NCBI GenBank assembly: GCA_045863855.1
Contig: BTVV01000084.1
Location: forward strand, 1-26,166
From: Planctomycetota bacterium
Lineage (GTDB): Bacteria; Planctomycetota; SZUA-567; H5-PLA8
Direction of reading: 5' to 3'
DNA length: 26,166 nucleotides
The position numbers and the translations under genes were made by a program. How positions within the stretch are numbered: position 1 is the first letter of the stretch; each line of letters opens with the position of its first letter. This document shows, one piece after another, positions 1-8,259 of the stretch. The notes under the pieces were generated by a model, which saw only the letters and a program-made list of their open reading frames with translations, had not been told where the DNA came from and ran no database searches.

Positions 1-90
1 CAAGAAGTTTGCACAGGCATGCAAGCTTGGGAGGGGGAAACAAAGGTAGATTTCATGGAGAGTGAGCACGATACCCATGAGGAACTGACC

Positions 91-1293
91 ATGCCTGCTG
101 TACTTCAAGATCTGTCCGGCCATACGGCCGCGGCCCGCCAACTCGTCGCAGAAGCGCATGCCCGCGATGGCTTGGCGCCATTGGATCTGGAGCGGTTTTG
201 GGCCGACGATGTGCTTGCCCACGTAAATCCATTTGGCGTCGATATTCCCCAAGTTCCCTTGGGCATCCGCATGGGGCTTGATTGCGTCTTTGACGAATTG
301 GGGTTGGAAGAGGACTACCATCGCTTACTCCACGACGCCGAATGGTCGACCGAAGTTTGCCGTGCATACAACGATAAAGCCGAGCGCATTGTCGGAAAGC
401 GCCTGCTGCGCGAACAGCCGCGCGATCCGAAGCAGAAATATCCCGCCGTCAAAGGCCTCCACGATGTATTCGAGGCTAGGGAGGTCTGGCATGGCCAGTC
501 GTACTGGCTGAACCAATCGGCGCGCAATACGGAAGAGTTGGAGGCTCTGCTGGATCGCGTGGATGAGCGGGATATCCGCCGATGCATCTTACCGCCGAAC
601 TGGGCTGAGGAGAAAGTGCGCCTGCAAGCCCGCGGCATACTGCCGCCGCTCTACCGCGACCAGCGCGGTCCCGTAACTTTTGCGATGTCCGTCTTTGGCG
701 TGGAAAACCTGATTTTCCTTTGCCTTGACCGCCCCGAAACGGCCGCGCGTTTTCGTGATGTCATCTTGCGCGTCATGCTCGATATCGCCCGCGTGTTGGA
801 TGAGGAGGCCGGATTTGAGCCTGAGCAAGCGCCGCCCGGCTTTTCCTTTCGCGATGACAACTGCTGTCTGTTGAACGCCGAGCTTTACGAGTTCTTCGGT
901 TATCCGATCCTCAAGGAGATATTCAATCGTTACGCGCCCGGATCTCAGGACAGACGATACCAGCATTCCGATTCAGCGATGGGCCACCTATTGCCCTTGT
1001 TGGGCCCGCAAGGGCTGAATCTGAACTGCGTCAACTTTGGACCGACTTTGAGCGTTGCCGAAATCCGCGCTCACTGTCCCGGCGCCGTAATTCATGGACA
1101 GCTTGCGCCGTTCACTTTCAGCCGTAATCAGGAAGAGGACATGATCCTGGAATGCCTCAGAGACATGGAGCAGGCCCGTGCTAAACGCGGGCTCGTATTC
1201 ACGACGGCCGGTTCCATCAACAACGGCTCGCGCTTAACGGGCATGCGGCTGATCATGGCGGCCATACAGCGTTTTGGCCGCTACGACCGATAA
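91..1293 (+). CDS. Uroporphyrinogen decarboxylase (URO-D)/MtaA-CmuA-like TIM-barrel protein, substrate unknown
   Basis: ORF 19..1293; ATG at 91 has GAGGA just upstream (alternative starts at 19 and 55). RGPVTFAMSVFGVENL, DDNCC, HSDSAMGHL and IHGQLAP resemble the URO-D/CIMS-like superfamily. Confidence 0.6.
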   Translation: MPAVLQDLSGHTAAARQLVAEAHARDGLAPLDLERFWADDVLAHVNPFGVDIPQVPLGIRMGLDCVFDELGLEEDYHRLLHDAEWSTEVCRAYNDKAERIVGKRLLREQPRDPKQKYPAVKGLHDVFEAREVWHGQSYWLNQSARNTEELEALLDRVDERDIRRCILPPNWAEEKVRLQARGILPPLYRDQRGPVTFAMSVFGVENLIFLCLDRPETAARFRDVILRVMLDIARVLDEEAGFEPEQAPPGFSFRDDNCCLLNAELYEFFGYPILKEIFNRYAPGSQDRRYQHSDSAMGHLLPLLGPQGLNLNCVNFGPTLSVAEIRAHCPGAVIHGQLAPFTFSRNQEEDMILECLRDMEQARAKRGLVFTTAGSINNGSRLTGMRLIMAAIQRFGRYDR

Positions 1294-1316
1294 ATCCAGT
1301 TTTGGAATTCCGCGCC

Positions 1317-1331
1317 GGATGCGGCGCATCC
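1317..1331. terminator. Palindrome at a convergent gene junction, possible bidirectional terminator or 3' stabiliser
   Basis: GGATGCG-G-CGCATCC abuts the stop of the HemN-like gene; no U-tract. Confidence 0.3.
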
Positions 1332-2663
1332 TCATGTGTATCGTATCCGCTGGTGTTGCGGGAGGTAAAATTCCGGGAGTAGCCAGTCCACGACCAACAG
1401 CCCCTTCCTCGTCAGCCGTACCGATTCAGGTGCGAGCGTCAGAAAGCCTTCTTGAAACATGCGTTGCAGCGGAACTTGCAAAAGCAGTTGCAGGTCGAGG
1501 CCGAACTTGCGGTTTAAGCCTTGCGTGTCCACGCATCCGGTCTTGAGTTGCAGAACGAACTCTCGCCGTAGCCGTTCCTCGGAGGACATACCGTACGCGC
1601 GCCGCAGCGGCAGGGCACCTTCTGCGCAGCGGTTCAGGTACTCCTCGTACGTATCCACGTTCTGATAGTGAAAGTCTTGCAGTAGGCCGAACGCCGATTC
1701 TCCCAGCGCCAGCAGTTCATGGCCCTTCCAGTAATGCTCGGTCACGTAGGCGAATCTCGGTCGGGTGGCGTCGCGAACCGCCCAGTAGGCACCGTAAATC
1801 GTGTAGCCCGCTTTCTCCAAGCGCTCGAAAGCCGTATTCACCCATTGCCGTTTTGAAGACCAACTCGGCAGCGACAGAATCAGTCCTTTCTCCAAAGCTC
1901 CCAAGAGGACGGAGTTGTGGGTCAACTCCAGTTGATATACGGTGACACTGTCCGGGCTCAGATGCGCAACTTTTTCGAGCGTCGCGTTCCAAGTGGCCTC
2001 TTCCTCGCCCGGAAGCCCCGCGATCAGGTCGATATTCACTTCGTCGAACCCCACGCGGCGCGCCAGCTGGTAGGCTTCGAGACAGTCCTTCGTGCCGGCG
2101 TTGCGGCCGATTCCGCGGAGCACCTCGTCGCTCAGTGATTGCATGCCGATCGAAGCACGTGTCACGCCCGACGCGCGCAGCAGTTCCAACTTCTCCCGAT
2201 CCACCGTGCCGGGCTGGCATTCGAAGGTGACCTCCGAAGCGCCACGCCAAGGATACAGGGCTTGCAGACCCGCCACGAGCCGCTCAATTTGAGCGCACGT
2301 CAGAAGACTGGGCGTTCCGCCGCCGAAGTACGCGTTCGACACGGGACGGCCCACCGACGCTGGACGCTGGGCGTATAGCGAAGCTTCGGCAAGCAACGCA
2401 TCCACGTAGCGTTCTACCTCCGCAGCCGGCCTTCGGGAGTGGACCCTGAAGTAACAATACATGCAGCGTTGCCTACAGAAGGGGACGTGCACGTAAAGCG
2501 ACAGCGGGCCCCGATCGTGCGGCGACTGCAGCGCTCGCTCGAACTCGGGAACCTGTTGCGGCGACCATGCGGAGTACGGCGGATAGTTCGAAACGAAGTA
2601 ATTGCCCGTTTCCGTACGTTCCGGAAGTGCGATCATGGGCATTGACCGATTCGAATCGTTCAT
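1332..2663 (-). CDS. hemN: HemN/HemW-family radical SAM protein (oxygen-independent coproporphyrinogen III oxidase-like)
   Basis: LYVHVPFCRQRCMYC (CxxxCxxC), YFGGGTPS, RASIGMQS, NIDLIAGLPG and a HemN_C-like tail (LTRKGLL). GGAGGT lies 4 nt before ATG 2663; the ORF extends to 2681. Confidence 0.8.
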   Translation of the reverse strand: MNDSNRSMPMIALPERTETGNYFVSNYPPYSAWSPQQVPEFERALQSPHDRGPLSLYVHVPFCRQRCMYCYFRVHSRRPAAEVERYVDALLAEASLYAQRPASVGRPVSNAYFGGGTPSLLTCAQIERLVAGLQALYPWRGASEVTFECQPGTVDREKLELLRASGVTRASIGMQSLSDEVLRGIGRNAGTKDCLEAYQLARRVGFDEVNIDLIAGLPGEEEATWNATLEKVAHLSPDSVTVYQLELTHNSVLLGALEKGLILSLPSWSSKRQWVNTAFERLEKAGYTIYGAYWAVRDATRPRFAYVTEHYWKGHELLALGESAFGLLQDFHYQNVDTYEEYLNRCAEGALPLRRAYGMSSEERLRREFVLQLKTGCVDTQGLNRKFGLDLQLLLQVPLQRMFQEGFLTLAPESVRLTRKGLLVVDWLLPEFYLPQHQRIRYT

Positions 2664-2753
2664 GACGACCTCCATGGGCAAAGGCTTCCGTTACCTGCTC
2701 GATCCAGCTTCTGCTATCGGTCCACGGAGATTTGCCATAGATGTGGGACGGCG

Positions 2754-4397
2754 TCAGGATCGAACCGGCGATGCATGTACCATGCGGCGCATTCGACCAA
2801 GGATAGGCGCATCGCTTTCCGATCCGACGACGGCTTCAATCAGGTAAGGCGCCTGGGACTGCTCGGCGCGCTCCCACTCGTCTTCCAGATCCCCGACCGT
2901 CAAGGCACGCCCGGCTTGGCAACCCATGGATCGCGCAAGGGCTGGATAGTCCCAAGGTCGAAGCGCGTAATAAGGCCGCGGTTCGTCCAACGCCTCGAGT
3001 AATCCATAAGTACCGTTGTTAAGCAGCAGGACGATTGGGGCCACCCCCGCATCTTGCGCGGTGCCCAGTTCCGCGCCCGTCATGCGAAACGCGCCGTCGC
3101 CCACGAGCACGAGCGGCCGCCTATCGGGTTGGGCCAGGGCTGCGCCGAGGGCCGCGGGAATGCCGTAACCCATAGTGGCGTAGAAGCCCGAAGCCAGGAA
3201 GACCTGCGTGGGCAATTCCAGCCCCGCGAACCACGCGTTGCCCACGTCCGCGATGACGCTGTACCGAGAGAGGTCGCGCATGCGTAGGACTTGAACGACG
3301 TCCTCGACTTCTAGCTTCTTCCCTTTTTCGATTCGGTAAGGGCGCGCAGGTGTGGCTCGGTACCAGAGGATCCGCTCTCCCGCGGGCCGGACGGCCGAAA
3401 GTGCTCTCATCATCTCGACGATTGGCGTGTGTAAGAAGCGAATCTCGCCGACACTGGTCGAACATTCGTCTATCGAGACCAACATGCGCGGATTCCATGC
3501 GCTGGGCCCGAATCCGGCATTCACGTCGCTGGGGATGACGCCCACTCGGATCAGACGGTCGCTTCCTTCCACGACCTCGCGCGCGCCGGCGTCCCCCAGG
3601 GCGCCCATGTAAACACCTGCGTACAATGGATGCCGCTCGGGGAAGGTCGCTTTGCCCATGACGCTCGATACCACGGGCAGGCTCCACGCTTCGGCAAACT
3701 TCACTACCTGATCCACTAACCGATGCCTTTGTACCCACACGCCCACATAAAGCGCCGGTCGCTTAGCGGCTTCCAGCAGCCGGGCCACGTCGGACGAGGC
3801 CTTCTGAACCGTCGAAGCGTCGTAGCGTGGAAGTCTTGGAGGCGAGCGTCGTGGCATGCATGTTCGCGCGATCGGACGGGCAACCATATCCCGCGGTATC
3901 TCCAGGTACCCGGGCCGCTTCCAGGCCAGAATCTCGTCAATGACCCGGTCAATTTCGCCCGCCGCCGAATCCAGGTTATTGAGCACGGCTTGCGAGCAGG
4001 TGATCTCCCGGAATACCCGGTACGAACTCTCGAAACTCTTTACCATGTGATGGACTTGTTGGAATTCGCTACGCGAGTTAAGGTCTGGCGCTCCGCTGAT
4101 CACCAGGACCGGACTCTTTTCCGCATAGCTCATGGCCACGGAGTTGACCACGTTGAGCGCGCCGGCCCCATACGTAACCACCACCACGCCCAGGGGACGA
4201 AGCCGAGCGTAGGCATCGGCCGCGAACGCGGCGCCGGGCTCGTGCGCGCAGACCACCGTGGTCATTCCGGCTTCCGCCTGCGCACGGTAAAGGGGTAGGA
4301 CGAAGTCGCCCGGAATGCCGAACGTGGTTGTCACGCCTGCCATGCGCAGATGCCCAAACAGGTATGCGCCGAGAGTCAGTTCGCTAACAGCGGCCAT
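2754..4397 (-). CDS. ThDP-dependent 2-oxoacid decarboxylase (indolepyruvate/phenylpyruvate/pyruvate decarboxylase family)
   Basis: FGIPGDF, HEPGAAFAADAYAR, VTYGAGALN, ISGAP, VHH, and the ThDP motif GDGAF...LNNGTYG. Confidence 0.85.
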   Translation of the reverse strand: MAAVSELTLGAYLFGHLRMAGVTTTFGIPGDFVLPLYRAQAEAGMTTVVCAHEPGAAFAADAYARLRPLGVVVVTYGAGALNVVNSVAMSYAEKSPVLVISGAPDLNSRSEFQQVHHMVKSFESSYRVFREITCSQAVLNNLDSAAGEIDRVIDEILAWKRPGYLEIPRDMVARPIARTCMPRRSPPRLPRYDASTVQKASSDVARLLEAAKRPALYVGVWVQRHRLVDQVVKFAEAWSLPVVSSVMGKATFPERHPLYAGVYMGALGDAGAREVVEGSDRLIRVGVIPSDVNAGFGPSAWNPRMLVSIDECSTSVGEIRFLHTPIVEMMRALSAVRPAGERILWYRATPARPYRIEKGKKLEVEDVVQVLRMRDLSRYSVIADVGNAWFAGLELPTQVFLASGFYATMGYGIPAALGAALAQPDRRPLVLVGDGAFRMTGAELGTAQDAGVAPIVLLLNNGTYGLLEALDEPRPYYALRPWDYPALARSMGCQAGRALTVGDLEDEWERAEQSQAPYLIEAVVGSESDAPILGRMRRMVHASPVRS

Positions 4398-4787
4398 GTC
4401 ACATTCCGATCAGTTTAAGCCAGATGGGTAGTACGCAGCAACGCTATGAGCACCCCTCTGTCTTAAACGAGAAGGCTCTATTTGGTGGTTCGGACGTCAC
4501 GAGTCTTCTTTATTCAAAACACCTCCCTAGCTCGGAATCCCCATGACTACCGTCGGGCAATAAGAATGAAAGTAAGGCACGCCTATAAGAATATAACTGG
4601 ATAGACTTATCTTGTATAGCAAATAAAGTTGAGCGAATACAAAATGCATACGGGTTGAGAAGTCGCACCCTGTGTGAGCGAACAAGCAACAACAGGGGCT
4701 ACCGGCAAAGGGTGGGATCCGATGGCCGTATATTGGGAGAGGGAAGAACTTACGCTTCCGCAATTTAGTTCTCCACCAGAAATTCTG

Positions 4788-4809
4788 TTCTTTGTTCTAG
4801 CGCAAAGAA
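4788..4809. promoter_or_regulatory. Crp/Fnr-family (NnrR-type) binding site
   Basis: Perfect inverted repeat TTCTTTG-ttctagcg-CAAAGAA (TTG-N8-CAA; right half CGCAAAG matches the NnrR consensus). Centre 4798.5, about 30 nt upstream of a TATCAT -10 element. Confidence 0.75.
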
Positions 4810-4828
4810 GCCAAGCCCTCGCATCGCG

Positions 4829-4834
4829 TATCAT
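4829..4834 (+). promoter_or_regulatory. -10 element of a class II Crp/Fnr-activated promoter for the split-barrel gene and ric
   Basis: TATCAT implies a start near 4840-4841, which puts the 4788-4809 box at about -41.5/-42.5. Confidence 0.55.
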
Positions 4835-4900
4835 GCCGTTGGGATACCAACGGCGTGCGCGGGATCGTCGTCCGCGGAAGGCAGGGCCAAAGGAGATCCG

Positions 4901-5452
4901 ATGGAGCCGATGCGTCTCGAGGAGATTGCGGAATTGCTCGAACATGCGCTGCTCGGGCGCTTGGGCATGGCTGCTCGGGACGGCACGCCTTACGTCATTC
5001 CCATGCCGTTCTGCTGGTATGACGGTGCTCTCTATTTGAGGTTGCCCGGGACCGGACGGAAAGGACGCGTGATGGCCGAGAATGACCGCGTCTGCTTCGA
5101 GGTAGACTGGTTCGCCCCGGACCTGAGCGACTACGCTTCCGTCATCGCGGAGGGGCGGTTAGTCCCCGTGGTAGATGCGCAAGAGAAGATGCGAATCCGG
5201 CGGCTTAACGAGATCAAATATTGTCGATTGCGGGGGTCCGCGCGGAAAGGCCACGGCCGCACAACCCGAATCGAAGACCTATGCTTGTCGAAAATTGAAA
5301 TTTCGGAGCTCGGTGGACGCAAAAAGGAAGCGGCTGCCGACGAGTCGTTCGACGCCTCACGTCGTGGTGCCAAAGGCTGCCCGCTTTGCGGCACTGGAAA
5401 GCGCAGGAAGCCTAAGATCGCCCCCAAACGGCCCAGTACAACAGGAGATTAA
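4901..5452 (+). CDS. Pyridoxamine 5'-phosphate oxidase/NimA-like FMN-binding split-barrel protein
   Basis: AGGAG RBS at 4891-4895; GRLGM...PYVIPM, GRKGRVMAENDRVCFEVD, YASVIAEG; basic C-terminal tail containing CPLC. Confidence 0.75.
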   Translation: MEPMRLEEIAELLEHALLGRLGMAARDGTPYVIPMPFCWYDGALYLRLPGTGRKGRVMAENDRVCFEVDWFAPDLSDYASVIAEGRLVPVVDAQEKMRIRRLNEIKYCRLRGSARKGHGRTTRIEDLCLSKIEISELGGRKKEAAADESFDASRRGAKGCPLCGTGKRRKPKIAPKRPSTTGD

Positions 5453-5456
5453 CGTC

Positions 5457-6170
5457 ATGCACGCCTTCCAGGCTCAAGAACTTGTCGGAAGCATCGTGGC
5501 GCGGCACCCTGCCCTATCACGCGTCTTCGAGCGCGCGGGAATTGACTACTGTTGCGGCGGCAAGCGGACTCTTGAGGAGGCTTGTCGAAGCAAGGGAATC
5601 GATACGGAGGAGATCCTCTTGCGCTTGGACGCGGCGACCAAGAGCGAGGGGAACGAGCCACAAGTAGCCAGCATGTCGCTCTCCGAACTCACTAACCACA
5701 TTGAGAGCGTCCACCACGCCTATCTGCGCGCCGAACTGCCTCGCCTCGACGCGATCACCGCCAAAGTGGCTTCGGTGCATGGCGAATCCGAACCCCGCCT
5801 GAGGGAAATCCGAAGCGTATACGAAGACCTGATGCAGGAAATATACGCGCATATGCTCAAGGAAGAGCAGGTTTTGTTTCCTATGGTTCGCGCCCTTGAA
5901 TCGGGGTCCGCTTCGGCGTGCTTTACATGCGGTACGCTGGAGCACCCGATACGCCAGATGGAACACGAGCACGAATGGGTCGGAAATGCGCTTCAAAGTC
6001 TGCGTCGGCTAAGTGGAGACTACACGCCGCCGGACTGGGCCTGCAACACCTACCGCGCCATGTTGGACGGACTCGCTCATTTGGAGCGCGATTTCCACCA
6101 GCATATCCATAAAGAGAACAACGTACTGTTTCCGCGCGCATCGGATTTGGAGAGACGAAGAAGCGCCTGA
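5457..6170 (+). CDS. ric: Iron-sulfur cluster repair di-iron protein (RIC/YtfE/ScdA/DnrN)
   Basis: AGGAG at 5443-5447, ATG at 5457. N-terminal GIDYCCGG (ScdA_N) and hemerythrin motifs HHAYLR, HMLKEEQVLFP, MEHEH, HIHKENNVLFP. Confidence 0.93.
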   Translation: MHAFQAQELVGSIVARHPALSRVFERAGIDYCCGGKRTLEEACRSKGIDTEEILLRLDAATKSEGNEPQVASMSLSELTNHIESVHHAYLRAELPRLDAITAKVASVHGESEPRLREIRSVYEDLMQEIYAHMLKEEQVLFPMVRALESGSASACFTCGTLEHPIRQMEHEHEWVGNALQSLRRLSGDYTPPDWACNTYRAMLDGLAHLERDFHQHIHKENNVLFPRASDLERRRSA

Positions 6171-6183
6171 ACGGCGTTCAGGC
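6165..6183. terminator. Palindrome containing both convergent stop codons (ric and nnrR)
   Basis: GCCTGAACG-G-CGTTCAGGC with perfect 9-bp arms; no U-tract. Confidence 0.35.
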
Positions 6184-6879
6184 ATGCAAAGGCCGGTCGT
6201 CCTCTGCAATCGAGCGAAGTACCGATGGGTCGTGGACCTTGATGCGACGCCTGGCGGACTCGATCCAGCCCTGCTGCCGCCAGCCGGACAAGATACGGCT
6301 TACGGTATGCAGCGTCGTGCCCGTTAAATCAGCCAAGTCCTGCCGCGAAACGGGAAATGCGATCTCCACGCCGTGTCTGTCGGCCTTCCCCGACTTTTCG
6401 GCTAGGCGGAGCAACGCACGCGCGACGCGGCGTTCGACGCGTTCGGTCGCCAGCTCAAGATACCTAGAGCGAACCATTGCCAGTTCTTCGCCTAGTAATT
6501 CAAGTGCGTTCAGCGCCACGCGAGGAAAGCACTCTAGCATGCGATATAGCGCATCTCGATCCCACGCCAGCACCACGCTCGGGCTTACGGTCGTTGCTGT
6601 GGCCGGGTACCGATGGCTTCTGTACAGCAGGACGCAGCCGAACATCTCCTCGGGCCCGACGTACCGATTGAGGATCTGGTGTCCATCGGGGGACGACTGT
6701 GCGACTTTGAGACGCCCCCGAAGCAGAACGTAGCTCCAACGCGCCTCTTGGCCTTGTCGAAATACCACCTCGTTCGCGCCTTTTTTCTTATAGGTCGAGC
6801 CTTCATAGACCGCTCGAAGCTGGTCGGGGTCCAGACCCTGAAACAGTGGAACCTTCGCTAGCGAGCGCAGACCTTCCAT
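6178..6879 (-). CDS. nnrR: Crp/Fnr-family transcriptional regulator, NnrR type (putative NO sensor)
   Basis: cNMP-like domain (PLFQGL, VFRQGQ, YPATA), VERRVARALLRL, and HTH SRQDLADLTGTTLHTVSRILSGW as in NnrR. No FNR-type N-terminal Cys cluster. Start uncertain: ATG 6879, ORF open to 7011. Confidence 0.8.
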   Translation of the reverse strand: MEGLRSLAKVPLFQGLDPDQLRAVYEGSTYKKKGANEVVFRQGQEARWSYVLLRGRLKVAQSSPDGHQILNRYVGPEEMFGCVLLYRSHRYPATATTVSPSVVLAWDRDALYRMLECFPRVALNALELLGEELAMVRSRYLELATERVERRVARALLRLAEKSGKADRHGVEIAFPVSRQDLADLTGTTLHTVSRILSGWRQQGWIESARRRIKVHDPSVLRSIAEDDRPLHA

Positions 6880-7270
6880 GTCGACGTGCAATGGCACTCT
6901 CCGGTTCTCAGGCTCAGGCAGCTCCGGGCATGACGTGCCGACTTCTTTAACAGCCGGAGCCACGAACCTTAGCCTACGAAATCGGAATAGAGAATGCGAG
7001 CGGACCATCACCTTCTAACCAAGCAAGCGATGCCTAATAGCTCGTTGAATATGAGTACGAGAGCCATGCCTGGGGGAGGTGGCCCTCATCAAGGGAAGCG
7101 AAGGGAATTATTGTGACGACCGGAGCCCAGCACTTTTTCCAAAGACGCAACGGCTGCGAGAGTAAGCCTTTGCGAAGCATTTACTGCGTAAGAAAGGCTT
7201 TTGTATTTGCATAAAGAGATATGTAGGTATATTAATTCCATATAGACGTTCTTCGACAAGGAGCGCACGC

Positions 7271-8158
7271 ATGCAGCGAAGTATTGGAATCCGAGCGAGG
7301 GCCTTGGCGTTCTCCTTGATGGCGCTGAGTTTAGCGAATTTGAGCGGGTGCGGGGGATCAAACGGAAAGGCCTCGAACCAGCCAAAGCCTTCATCCGGCA
7401 AGAGTACATCGGCCCCCGCTACCCCGGTCGTACCAAATGAGGCAAAGCCTGTGGCCACTCCCCCCGTTTCATCCAGTAGCGTGGGTGCCTTTCCGGAAGG
7501 GAAGGCAACGACCCTATTGACAGGGGTGGTTCGGTTGGAGGGAGCGGCCCCCGAACGAAAGCCGATTCGGACGGACAACGACCCCGTATGTCAAAAGATG
7601 CATGAAGGGGCGCCTTTACTAGACGAGGTCATTATCGCCGGTGCGGGCGGTGAACTCGCCAATGTGCTTGTTTTCGTTTCGACTGGGCTTGAGTCCTATA
7701 CGTTTGATGCTCCGGACGACGTTCAAGTGCTCGACCAGAAGGGCTGTCAATACGTCCCACGCGTATTCGGGGTGATGGTCGGGCAACCGATCAAGATTCG
7801 GAACAGCGATACGACCATCCATAACGTCAACTGCCAAGCCAGTGAAAACCTGCCGTTTAACCTAAGTCAGGCGCAGAAGGGCATGGAGACGGAGAAAGTC
7901 TTTGAAGATCCCGAGATGCCCTTGACCTTCAAGTGCGACGTTCACCCTTGGATGCGCGCGTATGGAGGCGTCTTCACGCACCCGTTCTTTGCAGTTTCGA
8001 AAATGGACGGCAGTTTTCAATTCCCGCGCAAGCTCATCCCTGGCGAGTACACGCTTACGGCCTGGCACGAAAAACTTGGCAAGATCGAGATCCCGGTCAG
8101 CGTGAAAGGCGGCGACTCGCACAAAGTGGAACTTCGTTTCAAAAACCAGCCGAAATGA
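7271..8158 (+). CDS. Lipoprotein with a cupredoxin-like domain and carboxypeptidase-regulatory-like beta-sandwich
   Basis: AAGGAG RBS; lipobox LSGC (Cys codon 7349-7351); Pro/Ser-rich linker; DPVC, DQKGCQY, HNV and CDVHPWM (type-1 Cu-like His/Cys/His/Met); PGEYTLTAWHE. Confidence 0.65.
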   Translation: MQRSIGIRARALAFSLMALSLANLSGCGGSNGKASNQPKPSSGKSTSAPATPVVPNEAKPVATPPVSSSSVGAFPEGKATTLLTGVVRLEGAAPERKPIRTDNDPVCQKMHEGAPLLDEVIIAGAGGELANVLVFVSTGLESYTFDAPDDVQVLDQKGCQYVPRVFGVMVGQPIKIRNSDTTIHNVNCQASENLPFNLSQAQKGMETEKVFEDPEMPLTFKCDVHPWMRAYGGVFTHPFFAVSKMDGSFQFPRKLIPGEYTLTAWHEKLGKIEIPVSVKGGDSHKVELRFKNQPK

Positions 8159-8259
8159 AAAGTCCGGCTTCGCGCTCGCTTCAGCGCGGCTTGGAATGCG
8201 GGAGACACTCTTAGCAGGCGAGCAGTTGCAGCCGGCTTACCGAAACGGAGGGTCGTGGT

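Noticed and set aside
1314..1326. GCCGGATGCGGCG resembles an enterobacterial REP
   Set aside because: Single short copy, the rest of the REP consensus is missing, and the context is not enterobacterial.
5175..5456. N-terminal extension of the ric ORF (331 aa)
   Set aside because: Overlaps the split-barrel gene; the RBS and ScdA_N domain start point to ATG 5457.
8159..8259. Short GC hairpin (CGCGCT...AGCGCG) between the lipoprotein gene and nxrC
   Set aside because: A 6-bp stem is expected by chance at this GC content; no U-tract.
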